Part shown: positions 51,178 to 59,882 of the stretch, piece after piece
Layout of the letters: each line of letters opens with the position of its first letter
How positions within the stretch are numbered: the first letter of the stretch is position 1
Assembly: GCA_965218295.1 (NCBI GenBank)
Contig: CBDCKN010000012.1
Span: 32,001 to 96,000, forward strand
Length of the DNA stretch: 64,000 nt
Direction of reading: 5' to 3'
Source: Longimicrobiales bacterium
GTDB lineage: Bacteria > Gemmatimonadota > Gemmatimonadetes > Longimicrobiales > Gaopeijiaceae
Notes under the pieces: generated by a model
What the model saw: the letters and a program-made list of their open reading frames with translations, nothing else
What the model was told of the DNA's origin: nothing
The model's database searches: none
Translations under genes and position numbers: made by a program

Positions 51178-51577
51178 GGTCGGTATCCCTCCAGCTTCAC
51201 CCAAGCGGCAAGAAGACAGAACGAGTCTTGGGTTCAATAGTTGTTGGAGTAGACCGTGAATTAGGTCCCAACCAACTCCAAAGACGACGCCCTTGACTAG
51301 CACTGCCGAAGTCCGGCGTCAATCAGACGTACTCCAGGCGCTCCGCGCCCAGGACGAACCCGCGCGCGTTCGCGCTGTCGGATAACTCGTTGTTTGCGTA
51401 GCCTCATGTCGCCTTCCGCTCCCACCATAAGGGGTTTCGCGACGGAGGTGTCTGTTCAGCGTCGTCCCCGTGGGAAGGCCCGCGTGTGCTCCCGCCCGCG
51501 ACCTCAGACATGGCAGGACGTCCCCAGGGCGTCTTGTGCCGAGACTGGTCGCCCCTTTCCCGCCGCCAGAAACGCGC

Positions 51578-51695
51578 AGTTCCTCTCACATCGCGTGAGT
51601 TCCCGTCAGCCAATCCGAGTTTTTGGGGTCCCGCTTTGGGTCCCATAGGCCCGTTTTCGCCCCTAGCTCACCGACATAAGAAAGCCGGAAGCCCA
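51578..51695. repeat. att-arm-like repeat, copy C, next to the tRNA-Lys 3' end
   Basis: gagttcccgtcagccaatccgagtttttggggtcccgctttgggtcccata...agctcaccgaca...ggaagccca. Confidence 0.75.
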
Positions 51696-51719
51696 GATAA
51701 CTCCTAGACTCCCGGCCAG

Positions 51720-51793
51720 TACCCCGCCAGGGACTCGAACCCCGAACCTACTGATTAAGAGTCAGTTGCTCTAGCCAGTTGAGCTAGCGGGGC
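51720..51793 (-). tRNA. tRNA-Lys(CTT)
   Basis: GCCCCGCTAGCTCAACTGGCTAGAGCA-ACTGA-CTCTTAA-TCAGT...GGTTCGAGTCCC...GCGGGGTA. Confidence 0.97.
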
Positions 51794-51905
51794 GGGCACA
51801 CTCCGTTAAACGGACGAGCATTCAAAGCTATTTGGCTGCCACACGCGGTCAAGGTGGGGCAACCGCCGGTTCCCCGTGGGTGCGGCCACCGCTGAAGCCC
51901 GGCTA

Positions 51906-53090
51906 CTAAAAGGCCGAAAGGCCAGTCACGGCCTGACCCAGGATCAGCCCGTGGATGTCGTGGGTCCCTTCGTAGGTATACACGGACTCGAGATTCGCCA
52001 TGTGCCGCATGGAGTGGTACTCCACCAGAATCCCGTTGGCGCCCAGAAGCCGGCGGGCCTCCCGCGCGATGTCGCACGCCATGTCGCAATTCGCCCGCTT
52101 CGCCAGCGATACCTGTTGCGGGGTCACCGTTCCGGCGTCCTTCAGCCGTCCGAGCTGAAGGCACAGCAGCTGGCCCTGCGTGATCTTGGTCAGCATGTCG
52201 GCGAGCCGGACCTGCTGGATCTGCTTGCCCCCGATGGGCCCTCCGAACATCACCCGCTCGGTAGCGTAGCTCCGGGCTTCGTCGAAGCAGGCCATGGCGG
52301 CCCCCACGGCTCCGAAGGCGATGCTGTAGCGGGCCTGGGTGAGGCACTTGAGGGGGTTCTTGAGCCCCGTGGTCTCGGGCAGGAGTGCGCTGTCCGGAAG
52401 ATGGACTTCCTCCATGTGTAGCTCGCTGGTGTCGGACGCCAGGAGCGAGAGCTTGCCCTTCTGGTCGCGGGCCGAGAAGCCGGGCGTGTCCGTGGGGACG
52501 ACGAACCCTCGAATTCCATCGAGATCGCCGATCTCGCCGATCTGGGCCCAGACGATGGCCACGTCGGCCATGGAGCCGTTGGTGATCCACATCTTGGTGC
52601 CGTTCAGGAGCCACCCGTCGTCGGTCCTCTTGGCCGTGGTGATCATTCCACCCGGGTTCGACCCGTAGTCGGGCTCGGTGAGGCCGAAGCACCCGATCTT
52701 CTCCGCCGACGCCAGCTTGGGAAGCCACTCCCGCTTCTGCTCCTCGCTTCCGAACGCGTAGATCGGGTACATGACCAGGGCGCCCTGCACGGACGCGAAG
52801 GAGCGGATGCCCGAGTCGCCCCGCTCGAGCTCCTGATTGATGAGCCCGTAGGCCACGTTGTTGAGTCCGGCACAGCCGTACTCCTCCGGAAGGTTGGCGC
52901 CGAGAATCCCCAGCTCGGCGAGCTCGGGGATGATCTCCTTCGGGAAGCGGCGCTCGATGTACGCTTCACCGATGAGGGGGATGACCCGGTCTTCCACCCA
53001 CTCCCGCACGGTGTCCCGGATCATGCGCTCCTCCTCACTGAGGAGGCTGTCGACGTCGTAGAAATCTATCCCCTGGTACTTGCCTGCCAT
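51906..53090 (-). CDS. Acyl-CoA dehydrogenase, glutaryl-CoA dehydrogenase-like
   Basis: ELERGDSG.RS..SVQ, GCFGLTEPDYGSNP, KMWITNG and TYEGTHDIH.LILG motifs. Start at MAGKY. Confidence 0.9.
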   Translation of the reverse strand: MAGKYQGIDFYDVDSLLSEEERMIRDTVREWVEDRVIPLIGEAYIERRFPKEIIPELAELGILGANLPEEYGCAGLNNVAYGLINQELERGDSGIRSFASVQGALVMYPIYAFGSEEQKREWLPKLASAEKIGCFGLTEPDYGSNPGGMITTAKRTDDGWLLNGTKMWITNGSMADVAIVWAQIGEIGDLDGIRGFVVPTDTPGFSARDQKGKLSLLASDTSELHMEEVHLPDSALLPETTGLKNPLKCLTQARYSIAFGAVGAAMACFDEARSYATERVMFGGPIGGKQIQQVRLADMLTKITQGQLLCLQLGRLKDAGTVTPQQVSLAKRANCDMACDIAREARRLLGANGILVEYHSMRHMANLESVYTYEGTHDIHGLILGQAVTGLSAF

Positions 53091-53140
53091 GGGTTTGCCT
53101 CGCAGCTGCGTTTGGTCGGTGCGGGACCGCAGGCTGAAAC

Positions 53141-53305
53141 TAGTGTGGTGTCCCAGCAGTTCGCGAGCCACCGAGAGTGCCGAGGCGCCGGATCCTGCAA
53201 GGCGCGACGACGAGGAATAGCAACGCTATTTCGAGGAGGAGGAACGCCGCAGGGCCGGATGCATCGGTGCTCGAATGGCCGAGACACTGCTGGGACACCA
53301 CACTA
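53141..53305. mobile_element. 165-bp MITE-like element with perfect 20-bp terminal inverted repeats
   Basis: TAGTGTGGTGTCCCAGCAGT ... ACTGCTGGGACACCACACTA. TA at both ends, structured interior. Confidence 0.8.
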
Positions 53306-53653
53306 TTGTGGATCCTGCCCTGGTGGAACGGCCTCAACAGCATGGCGGGTGCCAATGCGCGCCGTGGCGTAGAGAACCTCCCGCGCCACCCGTGCGCCGA
53401 CGTAGAAGGCGGCCAAGACCGTCCCGACCCATCCGCCGATCACTAGGTCGGACGGCTGGATGTAAAGCCAGATCCAGAGGGAGAGGATGACGGCGATGAC
53501 CAACCCCACGACCCAGCTCTGTGAGGTGGCCTGGGCCTGGGCGGCTTCGCGGCAAGCCTCGCACCACAGCATTCGGTCGAGATCCGGCCGTCGCTTCATC
53601 TCGAGGCAGCGGACACAGGCCACCTCGTCCGGGTCACTCGTTCCCCAGGTCAC
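53303..53653 (-). CDS. Small membrane protein with N-terminal CxxC...CxxC
   Basis: CVRC...CEAC then two TM helices. Overlaps the stop of the upstream gene. Confidence 0.7.
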   Translation of the reverse strand: MTWGTSDPDEVACVRCLEMKRRPDLDRMLWCEACREAAQAQATSQSWVVGLVIAVILSLWIWLYIQPSDLVIGGWVGTVLAAFYVGARVAREVLYATARIGTRHAVEAVPPGQDPQ

Positions 53654-54663
53654 GCCAGAGCCCGCACTACGGCGTCGGTGAACTCAGCGGTGGAGGACTC
53701 CCCGCCCATGTCGCGGGTCCGGGCCTCGCCCGAGCGCACCACGCCGTCGAGGGCGGCTCGGATACGTTCGGACACCTCCGTCTGCCCCACGTGGTCCAGG
53801 AGCAGGCACGCCGACAGGAGCAGCCCGGTCGGGTTCGCGACGCCCTGCCCGGCGATGTCCGGAGCGGAGCCGTGCACCGCCTCGAACATGGCGGCGTCCT
53901 CGCCGATGTTGCCGGCGGGAGCGAATCCGAGGCCACCCACGAGCCCCGCCATCAGATCGCTCAGGATGTCGCCGAACATGTTCTCCATGACCAGGACGTC
54001 GAAGCGGTACGGATCCAGCACCAGCGCCATGGCCGTGGCGTCGATGATGCGGTCCTCCCACTCGATCTCGGGATGGTCGGCGGCCATCTCGCGCCCGACG
54101 TCGAGGAAGAGCCCCTGGGTGTACTTCAGGATGTTGGCCTTGTGGGCAAGGGTCACCTTCTTGCGACCGTGCTTCCGAGCGTATTCGAAGGCGTAGCGGA
54201 GGATGCGCTCTGCACCGAAGCGCGTCACGATCATCACGGACTCGGCTGCCGCTTTGGGATCTCCCTCCATACCGATGTAGTGCTCGACACCTACGTAGAG
54301 GCCTTCCGTGTTCTCACGGATGAGGACGAGGTCGATGTCCTCGTAACGGCCGCCCGGCACGATGGTGAGGGCCGGGCGCACGTTGGCGTAGAGGTCGAAC
54401 TCCTTGCGGAGCGCCACGTTGATGGAGCGGAAGCCCGAGCCCGAAGGAGTCGTGAGCGGGCCCTTGAGCGCCAACCCGCTCTGGCGCATGGAGTCCAGGG
54501 TGGCCTCCGGGAGAGGGGTGTGCGCGACGTCGAGAGCGGCGATCCCCGCCAGCTGCATGTCGTACTCGAGGTCCGCGTCGGCGGCTCGCAGGATATCGAG
54601 GGTGGCGTCGGTGACCTCCGGCCCGATCCCATCTCCGGGGATGACGGTGACGGCCTTGGTCAT
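53650..54663 (-). CDS. Isocitrate/isopropylmalate dehydrogenase family (NAD-IDH-like)
   Basis: IPGDGIGPE, LKGP, SINVALR, RENTEGLY, HKANI, NMFGDILSD and FEAVHGSAPDIAG motifs. Confidence 0.92.
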   Translation of the reverse strand: MTKAVTVIPGDGIGPEVTDATLDILRAADADLEYDMQLAGIAALDVAHTPLPEATLDSMRQSGLALKGPLTTPSGSGFRSINVALRKEFDLYANVRPALTIVPGGRYEDIDLVLIRENTEGLYVGVEHYIGMEGDPKAAAESVMIVTRFGAERILRYAFEYARKHGRKKVTLAHKANILKYTQGLFLDVGREMAADHPEIEWEDRIIDATAMALVLDPYRFDVLVMENMFGDILSDLMAGLVGGLGFAPAGNIGEDAAMFEAVHGSAPDIAGQGVANPTGLLLSACLLLDHVGQTEVSERIRAALDGVVRSGEARTRDMGGESSTAEFTDAVVRALA

Positions 54664-54740
54664 GCGACGGATCGTCCTTCAAGCAGAGGCATGCCGCAAT
54701 GTAATGTGAAGTCGCAGGGCGGGCGCGCTACTCCGGGCGA

Positions 54741-55262
54741 TCAGGGTCCCACGAACTCGCTGCTGTATTCGAACTCGGTGTGACCCTCACCCCACTCGAC
54801 GAGATCCTCGAGGAACGACGGGCGCTTGGTGCCGTCTAGTCGAGCCTTGCCCGAGATGTTCTTGGCCCGCCGCCAGGTCAACTGGTTGAGCTGGTTCCGG
54901 CGCAGTAAGGCGCGTGCGACCTCGGTGTCCCGGCGGCTGGTCTGGGTGATGACACGCACGCCCGCGAGACCGGGATAGGCCCGCAGCAGGGACTCGGTCT
55001 CTTGGGTGAAGAGGTAGATGTAGGGCCCGACCTTGGCCCAAAGGGTGCCTCCGCGACGAACCTGCTGGAGCGGCTGGTTCACGGTGATCTCCAACACGTT
55101 GCCGCTCACGCGGAAGCTCAACGCCGACGACGATTCGTAATGGGCTCGTGCCTCGGCCTCGGAGGGCACCGGGAGGTCCGAGACCTCGCAGGCTGCACCA
55201 CCGAGGAGCCCGATGGAGGTCAAGGCCAGGCCGACTTTCGAGAGTCTATTCACAAGCATCAC
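54741..55262 (-). CDS. Hypothetical lipoprotein
   Basis: Lipobox GAAC, gene-like codon pattern. Confidence 0.65.
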   Translation of the reverse strand: MMLVNRLSKVGLALTSIGLLGGAACEVSDLPVPSEAEARAHYESSSALSFRVSGNVLEITVNQPLQQVRRGGTLWAKVGPYIYLFTQETESLLRAYPGLAGVRVITQTSRRDTEVARALLRRNQLNQLTWRRAKNISGKARLDGTKRPSFLEDLVEWGEGHTEFEYSSEFVGP

Positions 55263-55272
55263 TGTCGTTTCA

Positions 55273-55983
55273 CTATCGCATGTACCAAAACAGCGTCTCC
55301 GCCAGACTCTCTACGGCTGACGCCACGGACCCGAAGTCCGCGACGGGCCCGGGCTGCCCGGCGACGACGCCGAACCAGATCACCCGTCCGGTCCTCACGT
55401 CCATTAGCGTGGAGACGATCTCCACCACCGAAACCCCTCCCGTCCCTTCCGCTCCACGGCGCACTGCCACTGGGATGAACGCCACATCGGCGTTGGCCAG
55501 CTCCGCCAGACGGCGAATCTGCCCGTAGAGCGGATCACCCACCCGGTCCACCTCGGCACCGAGGAACACGGTCACTGCCAGTCGATCCACCGTGCTCCGG
55601 ATGGCAGGGGCACGCTCGAGCGTCGCTCGGAGCTCTTCCGGAAAAACCCAATCGACCTCCCTACCCTGAGCCCGGAAGGCGAAGGCGATCTCCGGATCCA
55701 CTGCTCCCGGTACACCCTGCCGGATCTGTATCGGGTACACCATGACGCGTCTGCCCCGAAGATCCGGCACGAAGCCGCGGCTGCTTCCAGCCTCGGGAGG
55801 CGCCCCTGTGCCCCGTCCTCCGCACCCCTGTACGAGCAGAGCTGCAAGCACCGTGCCCACCACAGCTACGACGAGAGGGAAGCGAGCGATGTGCCCGAAG
55901 GTCTTTTGCGAATCCATCGGCCTCCCTGTCACGGTCACGAGGGGCGTGAGCACCTCGCTGGCTGAACCGTGAAAAATATCCAA
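55273..55983 (-). CDS. Hypothetical lipoprotein (start probably further downstream)
   Basis: Lipobox VQGC, C-terminal D.RTG.VIW. Confidence 0.65.
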   Translation of the reverse strand: MDIFHGSASEVLTPLVTVTGRPMDSQKTFGHIARFPLVVAVVGTVLAALLVQGCGGRGTGAPPEAGSSRGFVPDLRGRRVMVYPIQIRQGVPGAVDPEIAFAFRAQGREVDWVFPEELRATLERAPAIRSTVDRLAVTVFLGAEVDRVGDPLYGQIRRLAELANADVAFIPVAVRRGAEGTGGVSVVEIVSTLMDVRTGRVIWFGVVAGQPGPVADFGSVASAVESLAETLFWYMR

Positions 55984-56037
55984 AGCGCGGAAGGCGGTAC
56001 ACCCCGCCCGCCTGAGGAGAATACGGGAGGGGTGCCG

Positions 56038-56484
56038 TCAGGATTTCGGCTCGGTTGCAGGATTACCGGGCTCCCCGGACTCCCCATCCTCTTCAGGCTC
56101 CAGAATCAGGGCAGCGGAGTTGATGCAGTAGCGGAGGCCCGTGGGCTCCGGGCCATCGGGGAATACGTGACCGAGGTGACCGTCACACGAGGCGCACAAG
56201 ACCTCTGTGCGACGCGTGAAGAGGCTCCGGTCCTCCTCTGTGCCCACGGACTCGCCCTCCACGACGTCGTAGAAGCTCGGCCAGCCGGTGCCCGAGTCGA
56301 ACTTGGTGTCGGAGTGGAAGAGGGGGGTGCCGCAGCCGGCACACACGTACGTTCCAGATTCCTTGCTGTCCCAGTACTCACCGGTGAAGGCCCGTTCGGT
56401 CCCCTTCTTTCTCAGAATCTGGAACTGTTCGGGAGTGAGGGCCTCCCGCCACTCGGTTTCGGTCTTCTCCGGCTTGTCTGACAC
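56038..56484 (-). CDS. msrB: Peptide-methionine (R)-S-oxide reductase
   Basis: [26 protein letters not shown] and RYCINS motifs. Confidence 0.96.
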   Translation of the reverse strand: MSDKPEKTETEWREALTPEQFQILRKKGTERAFTGEYWDSKESGTYVCAGCGTPLFHSDTKFDSGTGWPSFYDVVEGESVGTEEDRSLFTRRTEVLCASCDGHLGHVFPDGPEPTGLRYCINSAALILEPEEDGESGEPGNPATEPKS

Positions 56485-56548
56485 GATCGTCTCCTGGACG
56501 ACGGGGGTCGTGACGCGCTCCGTAAACTAGTGTCGTGCCCGGCCTCGG

Positions 56549-57712
56549 CTATTTCCCGCGCCAAATCTCGGTGTCGGGGCGGAACACGCCCCACGCGAAC
56601 CAGAAGTGGTTACCGTGAACGATCTCGGCGAGCTGCGTGCCCTCCAGCTCACCCTTGACGGCCCGGCCCGAGAGATTCCACTCCGATCCGGTCTCCCGGT
56701 CCCGGAATCGACCGTTGCCGCTGGGTTCGAAGGTCAGCACGCGCCCGTCGACCCGCGGGGAGAACGACGTGGACGACCCCACGTCGCGCCCTCTCGCGAT
56801 GGTGGAGTTGTCGACGGCGCTCGCGGTGCCGGAGGCCCAGAAGACCACCACGTCCAGGCTCCCGACTCTCACCTGGGCCACCCGCTGGTCCTTCAGGACG
56901 GAGAACGGCAGGGCCAGATACTCCCCGTCGCTCTCAAGGGCGACCACGCGCTCCATGGCCGGGAGTCGATCGTCTTTGCGCCCATGCCGGAAGAACCGAT
57001 CCCAGGGCCCGCCTCCCCGGTCATACCCCTGATACGGATTGTTCCCGTACCGCTTCCTCAAGTCGGCCGGGAAGCCCGTGTCCCTGGAAAGAACCAGGGC
57101 ATCCTCCAACTGCTCCTTCACGCTCCGCCAATTCATGACCGTGGCGGGGATGAGGGTCAGCCGGTCTCCCGCGTACTGCCCTACCAGCCCCTCACCCGTC
57201 GCCTGCTGCCACCACGTCTCCGACTGCCGGTCGTACATGACCAGGTCCGAGTGCCGAAGCCGACCCGTGGTTCCGAACTCGAGCACCTGGCCGTCGAAGT
57301 TGCGGTCGAAGGCGATGGTGGTGTTGCAGAGAGGGCAGTAGGTGACGGTCACCGGCTCGCCCCCGATCTCGTCATTCACGATCTCGTGCCAGATGAGGAT
57401 CGAGAGCGGGTACGCCTTGGTCACCCCGTTCACCCTCACTACGGCGATGGGCTCGCGGTCCTTCAGCCAGTCGTCGGCCTCCCGCACCGTCACGAAGCTC
57501 GGGCGATCGATGGAGCGAATCCCATCCTTGGGCGGTCCGCCCGACGTGAACTCCTCCAGGGGGACCGTGTGCTTGCTGAAGTCCGTGGACCAGTCGTCCC
57601 GCCCGGCGATGGCCGGCCACTGCTGGCCGGATGCCTCAAGTGGCGGCGACGTGAATGCCGCGAGCATGCTCAGCAACAGGATCTGGAGGGGATGGGCGCG
57701 GGCGCGGATCAT
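56549..57712 (-). CDS. DUF3179 family exported protein
   Basis: GGPPKDGI, AYP..IL.WHEIVND, TYCPLC, MYDRQ.E.WWQQ and FWFAW motifs. Confidence 0.88.
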   Translation of the reverse strand: MIRARAHPLQILLLSMLAAFTSPPLEASGQQWPAIAGRDDWSTDFSKHTVPLEEFTSGGPPKDGIRSIDRPSFVTVREADDWLKDREPIAVVRVNGVTKAYPLSILIWHEIVNDEIGGEPVTVTYCPLCNTTIAFDRNFDGQVLEFGTTGRLRHSDLVMYDRQSETWWQQATGEGLVGQYAGDRLTLIPATVMNWRSVKEQLEDALVLSRDTGFPADLRKRYGNNPYQGYDRGGGPWDRFFRHGRKDDRLPAMERVVALESDGEYLALPFSVLKDQRVAQVRVGSLDVVVFWASGTASAVDNSTIARGRDVGSSTSFSPRVDGRVLTFEPSGNGRFRDRETGSEWNLSGRAVKGELEGTQLAEIVHGNHFWFAWGVFRPDTEIWRGK

Positions 57713-57872
57713 GGGTCTTCCTTGGATCTGGGGAGGCCTCTCTGGTACTCAACCCACCGGGACGGACGGACGTTCCCACCGGCGACCAACCGCCATCTTG
57801 CTCGCCTGGGGTCCGCATGGTCTCTTGCAGCGTCCTGCAAGTCACACCGCACCCGAGATCGAGCCCAGACCG

Positions 57873-58244
57873 ATGAACGATGCCTCCGTTCGACATATCC
57901 CTTGGGACAGCATTCCCGAGGAGGAGCTGAATCCCCTCCTGCGCCGGCGCCTCATCACCGGCGAGAAGGGCATGCTGGCCCACGTATACCTCGACAAGGG
58001 CGCCGTCGTCCCACTCCACTCACACCATAACGAGCAGTTCACGTACGTCCTCGAGGGAGCGTTGCACTTCTGGATCGGGGACGACGAGTCGGAAGAGATC
58101 GTCGTGCACGCCGGCGAGGTGCTCCACATCCCGGCCCATGTGCCACACAAAGCCGAGGCACTGGAGGACACGCTGGACCTGGACATCTTCGTTCCGCCCC
58201 GGGAGAACTGGCTGTCGGGGACCGACGACTATCTCCGTGGGTAG
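57873..58244 (+). CDS. Cupin domain protein
   Basis: HSHHNEQ...IP..VPH...LDIF.PPRE motifs. Confidence 0.88.
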   Translation: MNDASVRHIPWDSIPEEELNPLLRRRLITGEKGMLAHVYLDKGAVVPLHSHHNEQFTYVLEGALHFWIGDDESEEIVVHAGEVLHIPAHVPHKAEALEDTLDLDIFVPPRENWLSGTDDYLRG

Positions 58245-58249
58245 CGGGG

Positions 58250-58806
58250 ATGGATCTGGGATTGAGGGGGAAGACCGCCCTGGTGGCGGCATCGAGCAAG
58301 GGCCTCGGACGAGCCGTCGCCGACGAGCTGGCGAGGGAAGGCGCCAACCTGATCATCTGCGGCCGCAGCGTCCAGCCCCTGGAACTGGCCCGGCAGGCGA
58401 TCTTCGACGAGACAGGGGCCGCGGTGGTGGCAGTCCCGGCGGACCTGAGCGAGCCCGGCGACATCGACCGCCTCATGGCGGCGGCGACGGCCGAGTTCGG
58501 CCGCGTCGACATCCTGGTCACGAACACGGGCGGGCCACCCCCCCTTTCGGCATCACCGTAAACAATGCCATGCCGGGGTATACGAAGACGGAGCGGCTGG
58601 AGCAGCTGGCGGCCGACGCGGCGGATCGCTCCGGGCTGATGTTGGAGGAGGCGTACGCGCGCTGGGAGAGCCAGATCCCCATGGGGCGTATAGGCTCGCC
58701 GGACGAGTTCGCCGCACTCGTGGCGTTCCTGGCCTCCGAGCGAGCCAGCTACATCACGGGAGTCTCCATTCCCATCGACGGAGGCGCCATCCGCTCCCTT
58801 CTGTAG
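58250..58806 (+). pseudogene. SDR oxidoreductase with a central deletion
   Basis: ASSKGLG...DILVTNTGGPP joined out of frame to PFGITVNN.MPG...YITG..I.IDGG. The catalytic core is missing. Confidence 0.8.
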
Positions 58807-58910
58807 CGGGGCCGATGGCACACCGGGAAGTGGGCAATGGTATCAGCGGAGCGCTCGGCCGCAATCGATAGGGCGCTCGGCACGATCGAAAAAGACAACT
58901 GGAGATCAGC

Positions 58911-59849
58911 ATGTCGGCGAAGCTGTTACAATCCGAATTCATATGGCGAGATGGGGAGTTCATCCGTTGGGAGGACGCCACGGTCCATCTCCTGAGCACG
59001 GCGGTCCAATTCGGGACCTCCATGTTCGAGGGCATTCGGTGCTATGACACGCCCAAGGGGCCCTGCGTCTTCAGGTTGGACGCACACATCCTGAGACTCG
59101 TCCACTCGTGTAGGATCTACCGGATGGAGCCGTCGTACTCCGAGCAGGAGCTCATCGATGCGTGCCGAGCCACGGTAGAGCGCAACGGGCTCAAGGACTG
59201 CTATATCCGGCCCATGGTCCTGCGGGGATACGGCTCGGCCGGCCTGGATCCCTCCGGCAGCCCGATCGAGACCTACGTTGCCACGTGGCCGTGGGGCGCC
59301 TACCTGGGTGAAGGAGCTCTGGAGAACGGCGTCGACGTCGGCGTCTCATCGTGGAACCGGCCGGCGCCCAACACCTTTCCGGTCCAGGCCAAGGCTGCCG
59401 GGCACTACAACAACGCCCAGCTCATCAAGATGGAGGCCGTCGCCAACGGCTATGCGGAAGGGCTGGTGTTGTCGCCCGACGGTCGTCTGAGCGAAGGCGG
59501 CGGACAGAACGTGTTCCTGGTGCGGGGTGGAATCCTGGTGACGCCCCAGCTCGACGGGACGCTTCTGCGGGGAGTCACCCGGGACGCGGTCATGATCGTG
59601 GCCGCCGACCTCGGCTTGGAGGTGCAGGAACGACCCGTCCCCCGCGAGGATATCTACACGTCCGACGAGCTGTTCTTCACGGGCACCGCCACCGAGGTCA
59701 CACCCATCCGGAGCGTGGACCGCATCACCATCGGTGATGGGCAGGCGGGTCCGCTCACCCTGGCTGTCCAGAGGCGCTTTCTGGCGGTCGCCAAGGGCGA
59801 GGAGGAGGACCTACACGGGTGGCTCACACCCGTGTGCCAGGACGGCTGA
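58911..59849 (+). CDS. ilvE: Branched-chain amino acid aminotransferase
   Basis: FEGIRCY, YIRP, AKAAGHY, EG.G.N.F, L.GVTR and FFTGTA motifs. Confidence 0.92.
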   Translation: MSAKLLQSEFIWRDGEFIRWEDATVHLLSTAVQFGTSMFEGIRCYDTPKGPCVFRLDAHILRLVHSCRIYRMEPSYSEQELIDACRATVERNGLKDCYIRPMVLRGYGSAGLDPSGSPIETYVATWPWGAYLGEGALENGVDVGVSSWNRPAPNTFPVQAKAAGHYNNAQLIKMEAVANGYAEGLVLSPDGRLSEGGGQNVFLVRGGILVTPQLDGTLLRGVTRDAVMIVAADLGLEVQERPVPREDIYTSDELFFTGTATEVTPIRSVDRITIGDGQAGPLTLAVQRRFLAVAKGEEEDLHGWLTPVCQDG

Positions 59850-59882
59850 CCGCCCCTTTCCGGCGCGGCTGACCCTGCGCCG

